From a virus: a stretch of 64,000 bases of DNA. Both the position numbers and the translations under genes were made by a program. The stretch lies in IMG/VR virus record IMGVR_UViG_3300025840_000011; one strand, given 5' to 3'. The notes beneath the pieces are model-generated. The model made no database searches. It had not been told where the DNA came from and saw nothing but the letters and a program-made list of their open reading frames with translations. Of the stretch, positions 38,001 to 49,200 are shown piece after piece; within the stretch, counting starts at the first letter, position 1; each line of letters starts with the position of its first letter.

Positions 38001-40804
38001 AGTGGGATTGGGGTGGAGTAGACATTAACGATCTTCAAGTTGGTGCAACTTCATCTCAGGTAACAGGTACAAATACAACCACAACGGTAGATGTTAGTAC
38101 ACCTCGTATTACAGGTGTATCAGTAAACGTTTCTCAGGGGGAATGGGTTGTAACTGGTACTACTTCAAATACAGAGTCTTTGGGTACACAGTCCGAAATT
38201 GTTTCGCAAGGGACAGAAGAATTTGTGACTACTGAAGTGAACGGTTGGGAAATTGTACCTTGGGGGCCGGGCGATGTATGGGAATTTGGTCAAGGTGGTA
38301 GAGACACGTTTGTTCGTGCGGGTGTGGGAGGTGCGTTTGGATCTATCGTAACTACGACTGATACTGTGACTACAACTGATATCGAAACAAGAGAACAGTT
38401 CGAGACCGTCACAAACACCAGTTTGGCACAAACAACTACGACATCTACTGATACTGAGTGGACCACAGATACAACTACCACAACATCAACTAGTACAACC
38501 ACAACGGTTAACCGTGTGGCTGGTGAACATACAATTAGAGAAACTGTGGGTACTAACGTTATCGACGTTCTTACTATTCCTTTCATGCGTTCTCGTGTGG
38601 TAAGTTTCCGTGGTACTGGTCTCAGACCGAACACTCGTTACTTCCCATTCTTTGACCAAACTTACGTTGGTACATTCATCAAAGGAACTACAGATTTCGA
38701 AAGAATTTCGCAACGTAATCCTGAGTTCCGTAGAACTAACCTAATTCCTTCGGTTGGTCACAGTGAAGATGTCGCCGATGCACTTCTTCTTTCTGATGCA
38801 AACGGTACAGTAACAGGTGAGTTTGAGATTCCTAATAACAGTGCTATGCGATTCCAATGTGGTACAAGAGAATTTGCATTGATCGACATTAGTGTGTATA
38901 ATAAGGATGAGTCTCTCTCATTCGCAACGGCGTTGTATGATGCGGTTGGTCACATCGATGTAATGCAAGACACGGTTCATAGTACACGTGTATTGGAGAT
39001 TGTCGGTGAGTCCACTACAGTAGAAGACGTGAATTCAAATACAGAATCTACTGTTACGACAAGTAACGCTATTACGTCAAGTACTGCTACAGACATTCAG
39101 ACAGAATCTACTATCACCGAAACTGTAACGAACACAACAGAAACGGATACGGTAACGGACGTAACAGTCGTACCAATTCCACCTCCTGTCTATAGTGACC
39201 CTCTCGCACAGACGTTCTCTATTGACGAACAGAACGGTATATTTGCGACTGAGATTGAAGTTTACTTTGCAACTAAGGATGCGGGAGACATTCCGGTTCA
39301 ATTGCAACTTAGACCAGTTGTGAATGGTGTACCTAGTGCACATACTATTGTGCCTGGATCTACTGTATTCAAAACTCCCGCTCAGGTTACTGCGATCAAA
39401 GATCCGGATGATGTAAATATTCAAGATCCAACTACTGCGGAAATGTTGGCGAATGGAACGACATTTAAATTTGATGAACCGATCTTCCTGAAAGGTAGGA
39501 CAGAGTATGCAATCGTTCTTATCTCTGCCTCGATGGAATACAAGGTGTTCATCTCACACGTGACCGATTTCGAACTTGGATCTACAGAGAAGAGAATTGC
39601 GAAACAACCATACTTGGGATCGTTGTTCAAGTCTCAGAACTCTACGTTGTGGGAACCTTCTCAGGACGAAGACCTTGCATTTAAAATCAAGAGGGCGGAC
39701 TTCGTTTCTCAGGGTAACGCATATCTTGAAAACGTTAATGTACCCCCATTGGTTCTGTCGAAGAATCCCTTCCGTAGTTACAACGGTAGTAATACAATCA
39801 CCGTTATCAACAAGAACCACGGTTTGAGGTATGGTGACAAGACTAAGATTTTTGGACTTGACTCTTCGACAACTTACAACGGTATTCTTGGTTCGGACAT
39901 TATGGGTGAAAGACTCGTTACCCGTGTAGACGGAACTGCATTCCAGTTCGCCGCTGACTCATCTGCAAATGCGGACGGAAGGTTTGGTGGTGGTAAGTGT
40001 ACTGCACATACTAACATGACTTTTGAAATTGTCAACCCCACAATTATGACAATGAAACCTGAGACAACTAACATTACTATGGTTGGTAAGTTCTTGTCAC
40101 AATCTTCTCTGGTTGACTCTGCCGATGGTAGATTTAGTCAGTCCGCAGCTTGGCAACCATTGAAGAATGGTTCGAACTATTACTTTGATGCACCTAGGAT
40201 GATTGCGAATAGAATGAATGAGGCGGACGAATTGGGTGTCTATTCATATCCCAAGTCTTCGGTAATCAGGATGTACATGACTACAACTGACAGTAGGGTT
40301 TCTCCGGTAATCGACATGCAACGTGCGGGTCTGACTCTTGTTGGTAACTTGATTGACAAACAAGATTCTGCTGCTACGAATGGTTTCAACGTACCAATTA
40401 GTTGGGTTGATGAAAGACACCCATTCGCCGGTACGCACCTTGCAAAACACGTTACAATTCCAGTAACTCTGGAACAGGATGCAATTGGACTTAAAATCAT
40501 ACTGGCTGCAAACAGACACCCCTCAACAGATTTCGATGTCTATTACAAGACTACTGATGCGGAAAGTGGACTGTTGAACAGTTCTTGGGTTCCTGCATAT
40601 TCGGACAATACAATGCCTACCGATACCAACCCGTCAATCTATCGTGAGTATCGATACACGATTGGTGGTTTTGGGGATACCAACAATACAGGTGGTACTG
40701 ACTTGACTGCGTTCCGGAAGTTCCAAGTAAAGATTGTTTTCAAATCAACAAATAGTGCGAAGGTTCCAATCGTTCGAGACTTGAGGGTCATCGCTGTAAT
40801 TTAA
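35087..40804 (+). CDS. Large virion structural protein (VrlC/DUF4815-like)
   Basis: YHRILFNSGRALQARELTQLQ, PGADRY, GFFVDNF, DPLAQTF, GSLFKSQN. Confidence 0.8.
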   Translation: MVKPYTEQIFRTSYKDDFKDSDNYHRILFNSGRALQARELTQLQTIIQSEIERFASNIFVDGAPVNPGGMSHYNDLPFIKIAATTPLPADKTTLRNVILTGGQSGLKVKVVHAIAADTNTGDPETLYVQYLDAGDQADSDGFGGPVLATNPRVTPGETLTGNIGLSAVAFDVQTTNTSTNPAIGLGNLFEVNAGSFYVQGHFVFNENQIIVTQKYAQNFTGEVGFKVTQDIVTSSDNEALFDNQGATPNRSSPGADRYRIRLTLIKKTDLAADENYVRAANIYLGVITSQAKKVDGFNSVKDFVAVRNKEISGNFIKKYFKANFTPNDDDTFKLKVTPGTAYINGYRVDIRAPSTLLVDRPKQTYTFNNESVPVDYGNYFVVSNTAGGQGMPDFGSCEEMTLYDSANLGGTAIGTCRARAITEWQNGLYKLHVFNIRITTANKSSRDVRSFGSAGTYYNNYVANNQTLFDTKKKKLMFDLPFPRPQSFSDMSVTGQRVKSGTADGSGNVTITLTSLDEAFTNTGDWVIASSTDAFVTGWTVSVGGGGNTATISGLSSGTIYEIATYVRKSNATIRSKTLQETTTTATLDSDGNGNKYIELGKSDIYQLLRVRKYDSDGDNIFGNFILDTGLKDTHYDDGRLIYKNTGLDSDQEPVFVRYKYFEHGNGDFFAVNSYTGQVNYRDIPVHRTDDGRLVSLRDVVDFRPATNGSGSFNVVNELPQPSDLVSADVAYYVGRKDKLILSQNGELRYLQGVPELDPSFPTTPVDCIDLYKFHLEPFTLHTKDLKSRLLPMKGYTMEDIGKLDKRIDKVEEMATLSLLELSTLSLQVQDSNGLSRTKSGFFVDNFANHLFSDTKNVEYRASLDPQEKLLRPSHRTHNIDLFWDSAQAAQDAVTKKGDLILLDYTEVNWLEQPVASRTENLNPFHIEKIEGHIDLSPASDHWRETEIAAPHVIDQGAVLDTSQAVLWNSHQWDWGGVDINDLQVGATSSQVTGTNTTTTVDVSTPRITGVSVNVSQGEWVVTGTTSNTESLGTQSEIVSQGTEEFVTTEVNGWEIVPWGPGDVWEFGQGGRDTFVRAGVGGAFGSIVTTTDTVTTTDIETREQFETVTNTSLAQTTTTSTDTEWTTDTTTTTSTSTTTTVNRVAGEHTIRETVGTNVIDVLTIPFMRSRVVSFRGTGLRPNTRYFPFFDQTYVGTFIKGTTDFERISQRNPEFRRTNLIPSVGHSEDVADALLLSDANGTVTGEFEIPNNSAMRFQCGTREFALIDISVYNKDESLSFATALYDAVGHIDVMQDTVHSTRVLEIVGESTTVEDVNSNTESTVTTSNAITSSTATDIQTESTITETVTNTTETDTVTDVTVVPIPPPVYSDPLAQTFSIDEQNGIFATEIEVYFATKDAGDIPVQLQLRPVVNGVPSAHTIVPGSTVFKTPAQVTAIKDPDDVNIQDPTTAEMLANGTTFKFDEPIFLKGRTEYAIVLISASMEYKVFISHVTDFELGSTEKRIAKQPYLGSLFKSQNSTLWEPSQDEDLAFKIKRADFVSQGNAYLENVNVPPLVLSKNPFRSYNGSNTITVINKNHGLRYGDKTKIFGLDSSTTYNGILGSDIMGERLVTRVDGTAFQFAADSSANADGRFGGGKCTAHTNMTFEIVNPTIMTMKPETTNITMVGKFLSQSSLVDSADGRFSQSAAWQPLKNGSNYYFDAPRMIANRMNEADELGVYSYPKSSVIRMYMTTTDSRVSPVIDMQRAGLTLVGNLIDKQDSAATNGFNVPISWVDERHPFAGTHLAKHVTIPVTLEQDAIGLKIILAANRHPSTDFDVYYKTTDAESGLLNSSWVPAYSDNTMPTDTNPSIYREYRYTIGGFGDTNNTGGTDLTAFRKFQVKIVFKSTNSAKVPIVRDLRVIAVI

Positions 40805-40812
40805 GGTACGTA

Positions 40813-41037
40813 ATGAGTAAATTGACGAAGATAGAAGACGCTGATGGTTTTTTCCGAAATCAGTCTGGGGTTGTGGTTAATATAAATAAAGAAGACGTTG
40901 CATTAACACAACAAAGAAGACAGAAACGAAAAGACCAAGAAGCGGAACATGTTCACATGGTCGAAACTGTAAAATCATTGGAAGAGGAGATGAGTGAAAT
41001 TAAATCCCTTCTTTCGCAACTAGTAGAGAAATTATAG
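40813..41037 (+). CDS. Small coiled-coil protein
   Basis: VVVNIN...EIKSLLSQL; typical position after the VrlC-like gene. Confidence 0.65.
   Translation: MSKLTKIEDADGFFRNQSGVVVNINKEDVALTQQRRQKRKDQEAEHVHMVETVKSLEEEMSEIKSLLSQLVEKL
40881..40888 (+). promoter_or_regulatory. T4-type late promoter
   Basis: TATAAATA, intragenic, 150 nt before 41038. Confidence 0.5.
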
Positions 41038-43644
41038 ATGGCACGCCCTATTACACTCATAACAGATACGTTTAAGGTACTTAGAGATAACATCAATACT
41101 ATCTCTAATAACGTTGGCGATCCGGATCTTCTAACCACAACGACGAGAGCGTTCACTCTAGGAAACACTGGGGTCGCGCAAAGATCAGACTCTTCTGATG
41201 TTGTTAGTGCGTTAAACGAACTCGACTCTGACCTTCACGGTGCAGGCGGTGGTGATGTAAAGAATGATCTGAACTACATCTCCTACGCAATCAATCGTGT
41301 CCGTGATAGTGGTATGACGGGTGCAATGAACGCTATCGATGCATATATCGGTGGTGACTCAGATACTCTAAATGTTGAAGCGAACACGATCAAAGATGCG
41401 ATCAACGAGATCGAAGCGGTCTTTGACGCAAGTACACTCAAGATTAATGCGGGAGGTGACTTCCGATTTGATGGTGCGGGTGACCTAGAGGTTAACTTAG
41501 ATGGAGGGGATGTTACCTTCCTCAGTGACTCCGATCAGTACGCACATTTTAATCTTAGAGACAGTGCCGCCGATTTTGTACAAACATACACCCACAGTCT
41601 CAGGATTAGAACTGCGGACTCTGCGGCCGGTAACGTATACTTAGATGCGGGGGGAGACATTACTCTCGACGCAGACGGAGGTAACGTATATCTTAAGGAC
41701 GGTGGTGCAACGCATTTTGACTACTCTCTGGGTTCAACCAACACGGTAACAGTAACCGGAAACTTGACACATGATGTTTCTGGTGATATAGTACTGGACG
41801 CCGGTACTCTTAACATAGATTTCTTAGGGGCGGGGACAACACGTTTCGCCTATGGTCTTGGTGCATCTAACACACTAGATGTCACAGGTAATCTTTCCGA
41901 AGTGGTTTCAGGAACCTACACAGAGAGTGCGGGTGGAAACTATCATGTCGGAAACACTGGGACATACGAAGTAGTACCTACCGGAAACGCTACTGTGGAT
42001 GCGGGTGGAGATATCATCCTTGACGCAGATGGTGGTAACGTCACACTCAAAGATGACGATAGTGCGGCATTTGATTTCAGTCTCGTAGACGGTATTGTCT
42101 CTAGAACTGGTCACACTACACTTGATGTTTCTGGTAACATTACTCTTGACGCTGATGGTGGTAACACCTACATCAAAGACGGCGGTACTACTCAGTTCCA
42201 GTTCATTGCGGGAACCAACAAAGAGATTGACGTTCCGGCTGGCAACTTGACAGTTGACGTTGCGGGTGATATAGTACTCGACGCAGACGGCGGAGACATC
42301 GACTTTAAAGATAATGGAACTGCAAGGTTCTCTTATGGTCTAGGTGCAACGAATACACTTGAGGTTAACGGTAATCTGACTCAGACAGTATCGGGTAACG
42401 TAATCGATAGTGCTAATGGGACATATACTGTAACTTCTACAGACGATATGTCACATACTACTCTTGGTAGATACACTCTATCAGCAGATAGTGCTGTTAT
42501 TATAACATCTGATTCTGCAATTGTCAATAGTGCCATTGGTTTTGCTGTAAACACAACTAACGGTTATATTGATCTTAATGCTTCTGGTGCATACGGAACA
42601 GTAAGAGTTGATGCCGATCATGCTATTGTCCTTGATGCTGACGATGGTGACATCTATATTAATGATGGAGGAATCACTGCTTACCACATTATGTCATCTG
42701 GTACAATTTCTCGTGACGGAGACTTGACACTAGACATTTCTGGTGATATAACACTAGATGCAGATGGCGGAGACGTATTCCTCAAAGACGGTGGAACTCA
42801 GTACGGTGCGTTAACCAACACATCCGGTAACCTCATCGTCAAGTCCGGTACGACTACTGCACTGACATTCTCTGGTGCGAACGTTACTACGGGTGGCAAC
42901 ATCACGGTAGGTGGGAACACCATTAGTAGAACAGGTGCATTGACACTAGATGTTTCTAGTGGTATTAGTCTTGACGCTGGTACTGGTATCGTATACCTGA
43001 AAGACAATGGTATCACTTACGGATCGTTAAGAAATCCTGCCGGTGCAAAAACCCTTGACATCTATAGTAATACGACCAAGGCAATCGGGATCGATAGTTC
43101 TTCGAACGTCACGATTACCGGAACGGTCACTGAGGGTACTACACTTGGCACAACATCAACTCACTTGGGTGGTGCGATCAACGAAATCCACACTGAGTTG
43201 GATTCCGCTACTACTGATCTTCAGACAACCAAGGGTAGGGTAACTAATCTCGAATCTCAGATGGATTCTAATGAGGGAATCATTGGTGTCTCAGTAGAAT
43301 GGAATGCGGACAATACCTACAGTTGGATTCACTCAACGTCTAACAGGGCCGCAATCAACGATCTCGACTCTGCGATTGGACATCTTGCAGACTTAGACAA
43401 TACCACTTTCGCTGGTGCAAATGATAAAGACAATGTTGTGACTGCATTGAACGTACTTGCGGGTGACGTGCAAGACGTTCAGGGTGATGCGGGAACACTA
43501 GATAGTAGAATCGGTTCACTTGCAAACCTGGCCGCCTTCTTCGATAGTGCGGGGGCGACATCAAGTATTGTAAACGCCCTAAATCACATGGCAAGTAGAG
43601 TGGTCAATGTGTATGACGAAAATGGCACTCTGTTAAACACTTAA
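41038..43644 (+). CDS. Tail fibre/whisker-like structural protein
   Basis: About 8 copies of GDIxLDADGGxVxLKDxG; AINE/ALNE coiled-coil segments. Confidence 0.7.
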   Translation: MARPITLITDTFKVLRDNINTISNNVGDPDLLTTTTRAFTLGNTGVAQRSDSSDVVSALNELDSDLHGAGGGDVKNDLNYISYAINRVRDSGMTGAMNAIDAYIGGDSDTLNVEANTIKDAINEIEAVFDASTLKINAGGDFRFDGAGDLEVNLDGGDVTFLSDSDQYAHFNLRDSAADFVQTYTHSLRIRTADSAAGNVYLDAGGDITLDADGGNVYLKDGGATHFDYSLGSTNTVTVTGNLTHDVSGDIVLDAGTLNIDFLGAGTTRFAYGLGASNTLDVTGNLSEVVSGTYTESAGGNYHVGNTGTYEVVPTGNATVDAGGDIILDADGGNVTLKDDDSAAFDFSLVDGIVSRTGHTTLDVSGNITLDADGGNTYIKDGGTTQFQFIAGTNKEIDVPAGNLTVDVAGDIVLDADGGDIDFKDNGTARFSYGLGATNTLEVNGNLTQTVSGNVIDSANGTYTVTSTDDMSHTTLGRYTLSADSAVIITSDSAIVNSAIGFAVNTTNGYIDLNASGAYGTVRVDADHAIVLDADDGDIYINDGGITAYHIMSSGTISRDGDLTLDISGDITLDADGGDVFLKDGGTQYGALTNTSGNLIVKSGTTTALTFSGANVTTGGNITVGGNTISRTGALTLDVSSGISLDAGTGIVYLKDNGITYGSLRNPAGAKTLDIYSNTTKAIGIDSSSNVTITGTVTEGTTLGTTSTHLGGAINEIHTELDSATTDLQTTKGRVTNLESQMDSNEGIIGVSVEWNADNTYSWIHSTSNRAAINDLDSAIGHLADLDNTTFAGANDKDNVVTALNVLAGDVQDVQGDAGTLDSRIGSLANLAAFFDSAGATSSIVNALNHMASRVVNVYDENGTLLNT

Positions 43645-43661
43645 GTTAAGGGACGGTAGTA

Positions 43662-46256
43662 ATGCCAATTGCGAAGAGTAAGCCATTAAAACTCAACAGT
43701 CCCGATCAAGGCGATCTAAAGAGACTTAGTAGTACAGAAGAAAATTACCTATCATATCTGATTGGGCAACACTTCTGTGCGGATAGTGATGGCGACAATG
43801 AGATTGGAAATCTAACACTTACTAGTACTAATGCAAACACCGTAGGTTCGTTTGTTGATACCCTCATAAACGAACCAAGTGGAACGCATCCAACTTCTGC
43901 AATTACGTCAACATCAACTACGACTACTCTGTACCAAAAATACGGTACAGCGGACGAGACTGATTCCGACTTCACAAAACCTATTGCATACTACAACCCT
44001 CTCACAGACGGTAGTACCGATCTTGGTGCGGAAGGTGTTTATGAGATGGCGGATTCTGACATGAATCGTTTAGTCGATAGACTAAATGGTCGAATCGCGT
44101 TGTCCGATTATCTTGGATCTTTTAAACTCAGTAATAGTACGACATCGCCTGGGGCAGGATATGTCAAATTCATAGAAGACGTTTTTACAGATAATATCGA
44201 AGTCGATACGAATACTACAGACAATTTTTCTATCTGGAGAAGAGAGAGTCAGACTGCACCTTCGTCTATTACAGACAGTGATGGTAACACAACACTCCTA
44301 TCCTGCATAAACAGAGACAGTGGTGGTAACTACCTCGGCATTGGTGTGATGTCGGATCGTGCGATAAAAGTTTCTCTTGGACAACGTGCAAAGACTAGAC
44401 GTTCTGCTTCTGATGGGATTGGTTCATATGTTTTGAGATCAAGTTCTCAGGGTGCACCTTCTGGTAGTGGTAGTTGGAGAGCAGTGGGTTCTGCGACAAA
44501 CCGTAGAAGAGACCTAATTCAAACTTCGTATACTCGTACCAGAAACTCCACGTATACCAGAGACAGACAGTCAACCTATGCGGGAATTTATAACAGAACT
44601 AGAGTATCGAATTACACTAGGAATAGAACGTCCACATATTCTAGAAATTTCGTAGGCGACTTTGTTGCGACTTATCAAGGCAACTACATTGCAAACTTTA
44701 TAGGTAACTATTCTCGTGGTTTCGTAGGTAATTACTCACGTAATTTTGCGGGTAACTATATTGGAGACTTTATTGGTAACTATCAAAGAGGGTTTGTCGG
44801 TAACTATACCGGAGACTTTACTGGTAACTACGCCCGTAACTTTCTTACGGGGTATTCCCGAAACTTCACTCGTGATAGGACATCAAATCAGACCGCTGTA
44901 AGAACGCAGACTCGTACCTCTTCATATTCTAGAACTTTCTCTAGGGTAAGAAGTTCAGCGTATACCAGAACGAGGACTTCTTATTACTCAAGAAATAGTG
45001 TTGCAAATAGAAACTCTCAGTACAACAGAACCTCTACACGTACTAGGTATGAATACTACTCTCGTTCTTTTGCGGGTAACTACGCACGTGCGTATACCAG
45101 AGATCGTCAACAAACTAGACACTCGACTTATAATAGAACCTTTATAGGTAACTATTCCCGTAACTATACACGGTTCTTTACTGGAGACTACACAAGAAAC
45201 TCTTTTTATAACAGAACGGCATATTACAATCGGTTTCGTCCGAATCCAAACTGGGATCCTTGGAATGCAGCTCAAGGCCCCATATATTACTTAGGAGTCT
45301 ACTCCCGAAATATCGCAACGGAAGGGCCTCTGTCATATAGTAGATCGTTTACCGGAAACTATTCAGGTAATGCACCGAACTACAGTAGAACTATTGTTTC
45401 GATTGGTCCACCTTGGCAGTGGAACTGGATTGCGGGCGAGTTCCCATCAGTCTATACTAGAACTTCACAATATACAGCGGCTTTCCAAAGAGTTCGTGTA
45501 GAAACTTATAACGCGAATTTTACCAGAAACCGAACCTCGAATTACGCAAGAGCGTTTACGAGAGATCGGATCTCATCGTATGCAAGACTTTTTGTCGCCA
45601 ACTATATTGGAAACTATCAGCGAGTATTTACAAGAAGTCGGTCCTCAAATTTCTCACGTAATTTTGGGGGGAACTTTATAGGTGACTATGCGAGAACTTT
45701 CATAGGTGACTTCACTGGTAATTACTCACGTGATTTTGGGGGTAATTACTCACGTAACTTTACACGAAACAGGAATTCTGCATACAGTAGAAATTTCATT
45801 GGTAACTACACTGGGGACTTCTTAGCGAATTATATTGGTAATTACGCACGTAACTACTTTAGAGTAACACGGACATCTACATATACTAGAAACTCAACTA
45901 GAGATTCTCAGAGAACTATAGGTAGTGATTACACTCGAAATTCTACAAGAGACTCGACTAGAGTAAGATCAAGTACTTACACTAGAACTCGAAGTTCTAC
46001 GTATACTAGAGACAGTACCGTTGGTCCTTATACAAGAAACAGGAACTCAAATTTCACGGCAACTAGAACGTCCTCATATTCTAGAGATTTCATAGGCGAT
46101 TATACTAGAGGATTTTTAGGAGATTATATTGGCGATTATGCAAGAGGGTTTATTGGAAATTACTCTCGAACCTTCACTGGTAACTACACAGGTGAGACTG
46201 TCGGCAGTTCAACGGAACTTATCGAAACGTATACCTTGTATGTTAAATATGCATAA
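43662..46256 (+). CDS. Fibre-region protein with mirror-complementary tetrapeptide repeats (paralog A)
   Basis: N-domain similar to 46278; repeats xRxR/xSxY/xGxY/xRxF from 44532 to 46187; C-terminus TYTLYV. Confidence 0.8.
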   Translation: MPIAKSKPLKLNSPDQGDLKRLSSTEENYLSYLIGQHFCADSDGDNEIGNLTLTSTNANTVGSFVDTLINEPSGTHPTSAITSTSTTTTLYQKYGTADETDSDFTKPIAYYNPLTDGSTDLGAEGVYEMADSDMNRLVDRLNGRIALSDYLGSFKLSNSTTSPGAGYVKFIEDVFTDNIEVDTNTTDNFSIWRRESQTAPSSITDSDGNTTLLSCINRDSGGNYLGIGVMSDRAIKVSLGQRAKTRRSASDGIGSYVLRSSSQGAPSGSGSWRAVGSATNRRRDLIQTSYTRTRNSTYTRDRQSTYAGIYNRTRVSNYTRNRTSTYSRNFVGDFVATYQGNYIANFIGNYSRGFVGNYSRNFAGNYIGDFIGNYQRGFVGNYTGDFTGNYARNFLTGYSRNFTRDRTSNQTAVRTQTRTSSYSRTFSRVRSSAYTRTRTSYYSRNSVANRNSQYNRTSTRTRYEYYSRSFAGNYARAYTRDRQQTRHSTYNRTFIGNYSRNYTRFFTGDYTRNSFYNRTAYYNRFRPNPNWDPWNAAQGPIYYLGVYSRNIATEGPLSYSRSFTGNYSGNAPNYSRTIVSIGPPWQWNWIAGEFPSVYTRTSQYTAAFQRVRVETYNANFTRNRTSNYARAFTRDRISSYARLFVANYIGNYQRVFTRSRSSNFSRNFGGNFIGDYARTFIGDFTGNYSRDFGGNYSRNFTRNRNSAYSRNFIGNYTGDFLANYIGNYARNYFRVTRTSTYTRNSTRDSQRTIGSDYTRNSTRDSTRVRSSTYTRTRSSTYTRDSTVGPYTRNRNSNFTATRTSSYSRDFIGDYTRGFLGDYIGDYARGFIGNYSRTFTGNYTGETVGSSTELIETYTLYVKYA

Positions 46257-46277
46257 ATACTCACAACAGGAGTAAAT

Positions 46278-49200
46278 ATGTCATCTAACATACCATTGAA
46301 ATTAGAGGGAACCGCAGGCGATCTGCAAGAGATGACCTCTGGTGAGGAGAACTACATCTCTTATATCGTCGGTAAGGATAACCTTGCCGCGACTACTGGT
46401 GTGTCGGATTTAACTCTAACATCTACTGGTAACACCTCTATTGGATCGTTCGTTAACACCTTCTACAACGAAGCGGTGGGAACTCACCCAGCGTCTTCAA
46501 TTACTTCGGGGTCAACGACTACAACAGTATATCAGGTTGCGGGAACAGAATCTCCGGACACTGGTAGTCTTCGTCCCATAGGTTACGCAACAGATGGCGG
46601 TTCCACTCCTAGTTTTTATGAGATGCCTGATTCTGATCTGAACGTTCTTGCGCGTCGAGTAAACTCACGTATTGCAACTTCGGACTATCCGGGCATCTAC
46701 AAGTTAGCGACTGCCGCACCTAGTGGTGACTATGCAGTAAAAGTTTCTAACGTATTTACGGATACACAGACAGACGGTACTACAACACAATATAACATCT
46801 ATCAAAGAACCGCAATGACCGCACCCACCACAGTCAGACCCGTTGGTCTTAGTGGTGGCGATCTTAAAGAGATGGCGGACAGTGACATCTCAGACTTGAT
46901 AGGATCTTTTGTGCGTACACTTCGTGCAACGTCTGGAGAAATAGGATCATACCAACTGAGATCCTCATCACAAGGTGCACCAACAGATGCGGGTACTTGG
47001 ACTTCGGTAGGAACTGCAACAGATACGAAGAAAAATATTGTTGAAACAAACTACACCCGAAACAGGAATTCTGCATACAGTAGGACTCGAAGTTCGAACT
47101 ATACACGGACACGGGGTTCTACGTATACTCGCACGTCTCTTAGAAGCCGTGTCTCGAATTACGCTGGTGATTATGTTGGTAATTATACCAGAAACTTTAT
47201 TGGTGATTACACCCGCGATTATCTGGGTAATTATATTGGCGACTTTATCGGGAACTACTCTCGCACCAGAGTATCAACATACTCTCGAACCAGAATAACA
47301 GACTACGCCGGTAACTTTATTGGTAACTACTCCAGAACTAGAGTATCCAATTATACAAGGGATAGTCAAAGGACTTCGGTTCGCACCAGAGTCTCTGCGT
47401 ACTCCAGAACCAGACCTTCTACTTACCAAAGGGATAGAGTGACCAACTTTGTCGGTGACTTTATTGGTAACTACACTCGCAATAGAATATCCAACTACAC
47501 AAGAACTCGTGTGTCATCTTACGCTGGGGACTATGTTGGTAACTACGCACGTAACTTCCTTGGTAACTATAACAGAAATTTCTTGGGTAACTATCAGAGA
47601 AGTTTTGCCGGTGATTACGTAGGTAACTATACTAGAAACTCAACTAGAGATTCTCAGAGAACCAGAACTTCTACCTACACTCGAACGAGTACACGTACAA
47701 GACTTTCAACATATACTCGAACGAGTACACGTACAAGAAGTTCAGCGTACACACGAAACAGTACCAGAAACCGTGTATCTAACTATCTGGGTAACTACAA
47801 CAGAAACTTCGCTGGTAATTACGTAGGTAACTATAACAGAAGTTTTGTGGGTAACTACGTAGGTAACTTCCTTGGTAACTACGTGGGTGATTTTGTTGGA
47901 GACTATACTCGACAAGGTGCATACGCTCGCGCATATGCGGGTGACTATCTGGGTAATGTCAACTACGTAGGTAACTACGCAGGAACCGTAAACTATCAAC
48001 GTACTCGTGCAACCAATTATCAGAGGACTAGTACTGCGCCTCTTGATTATACTCGTGCACGTCCCGCAACTTTAGATTATACACGTACTCGTGCAACCAA
48101 CTACGCAAGAACTGTAGCATACACTCGTGCACGTCCTGCAACTTTAGATTATACAAGGACCAGTACACGTACAAGTACTGCAACTGGTAACTATACTAGG
48201 AACCGTGTAGCTACACTGGACTACACCAGAGATCGTCAGCAAAACTATGCACGTACTTTGTATTACACTAGAACCAGTACTGGATCGGCCTCATATACCA
48301 GAAACAGAGTTGGTTCACAAGGATACAGTAGAACACTTAACTACACACGTGATGTCTACTATTACAGATCGACTCCGGCTCCGTATGGTTCGGTGTATGG
48401 TAGAACCCAAAACTTCTCTCGTACACTTACGTACTACAGAAACGCAACGTTCACCGGAAACTACAGTCGTAACCTCAGTTATACGGGTGACTATTTCCGT
48501 CTCGTATACTACTTGGCGAACTTCGTAGGTAACTACACTCGTAACGCTACATATACCGGAGATTATACTCGTACATTCAGTTACGCTGGTAACTTTACAG
48601 GTAACTACACTCGTAGCGTAACCTATACTGGTAACTACGCTCGTACCATAAACTATACGGGTGACTTCGTTGGTAACTACACTCGTAACGTAACCTATAC
48701 TGGTAACTATTTAAGAACCGGATCATATTTGGGTGACTACGTTGGCAACTTCGTGGGTGACTATGTTAATGAAAATGCGGTTGCCTATGCGGGAGACTAC
48801 ATCAACGAAAACGTAAATTACGTTGGTAACTATGCACGAAACTTCTATCGAACACTCAACTATCAACGTACCCGTGTAACCGACTATCAACGTACCCGTG
48901 CAACTGATTACACACGTACTCGCGTGTCTGCTTACAGTAGAACAAGTACCCGAACCAGAGTATCCGCTTATTCTCAAAACTACGCAAGGACTTTCGTAGG
49001 GGACTTCACTGGTAACTATGCGAGAAACTTCGCCGGTGACTATGTGGGTAACTACTCAAGAGGTTTCGCTGGTGACTATGTGGGTAACTATGCACGTAAC
49101 TTCCTTGGTAACTATACTGGGGACTTTATTGGCAACTACACAAGAACTTCTTTGAGGACTCGTTATTCACAATATACAAGAACTCGCGTATCGTCCTATA

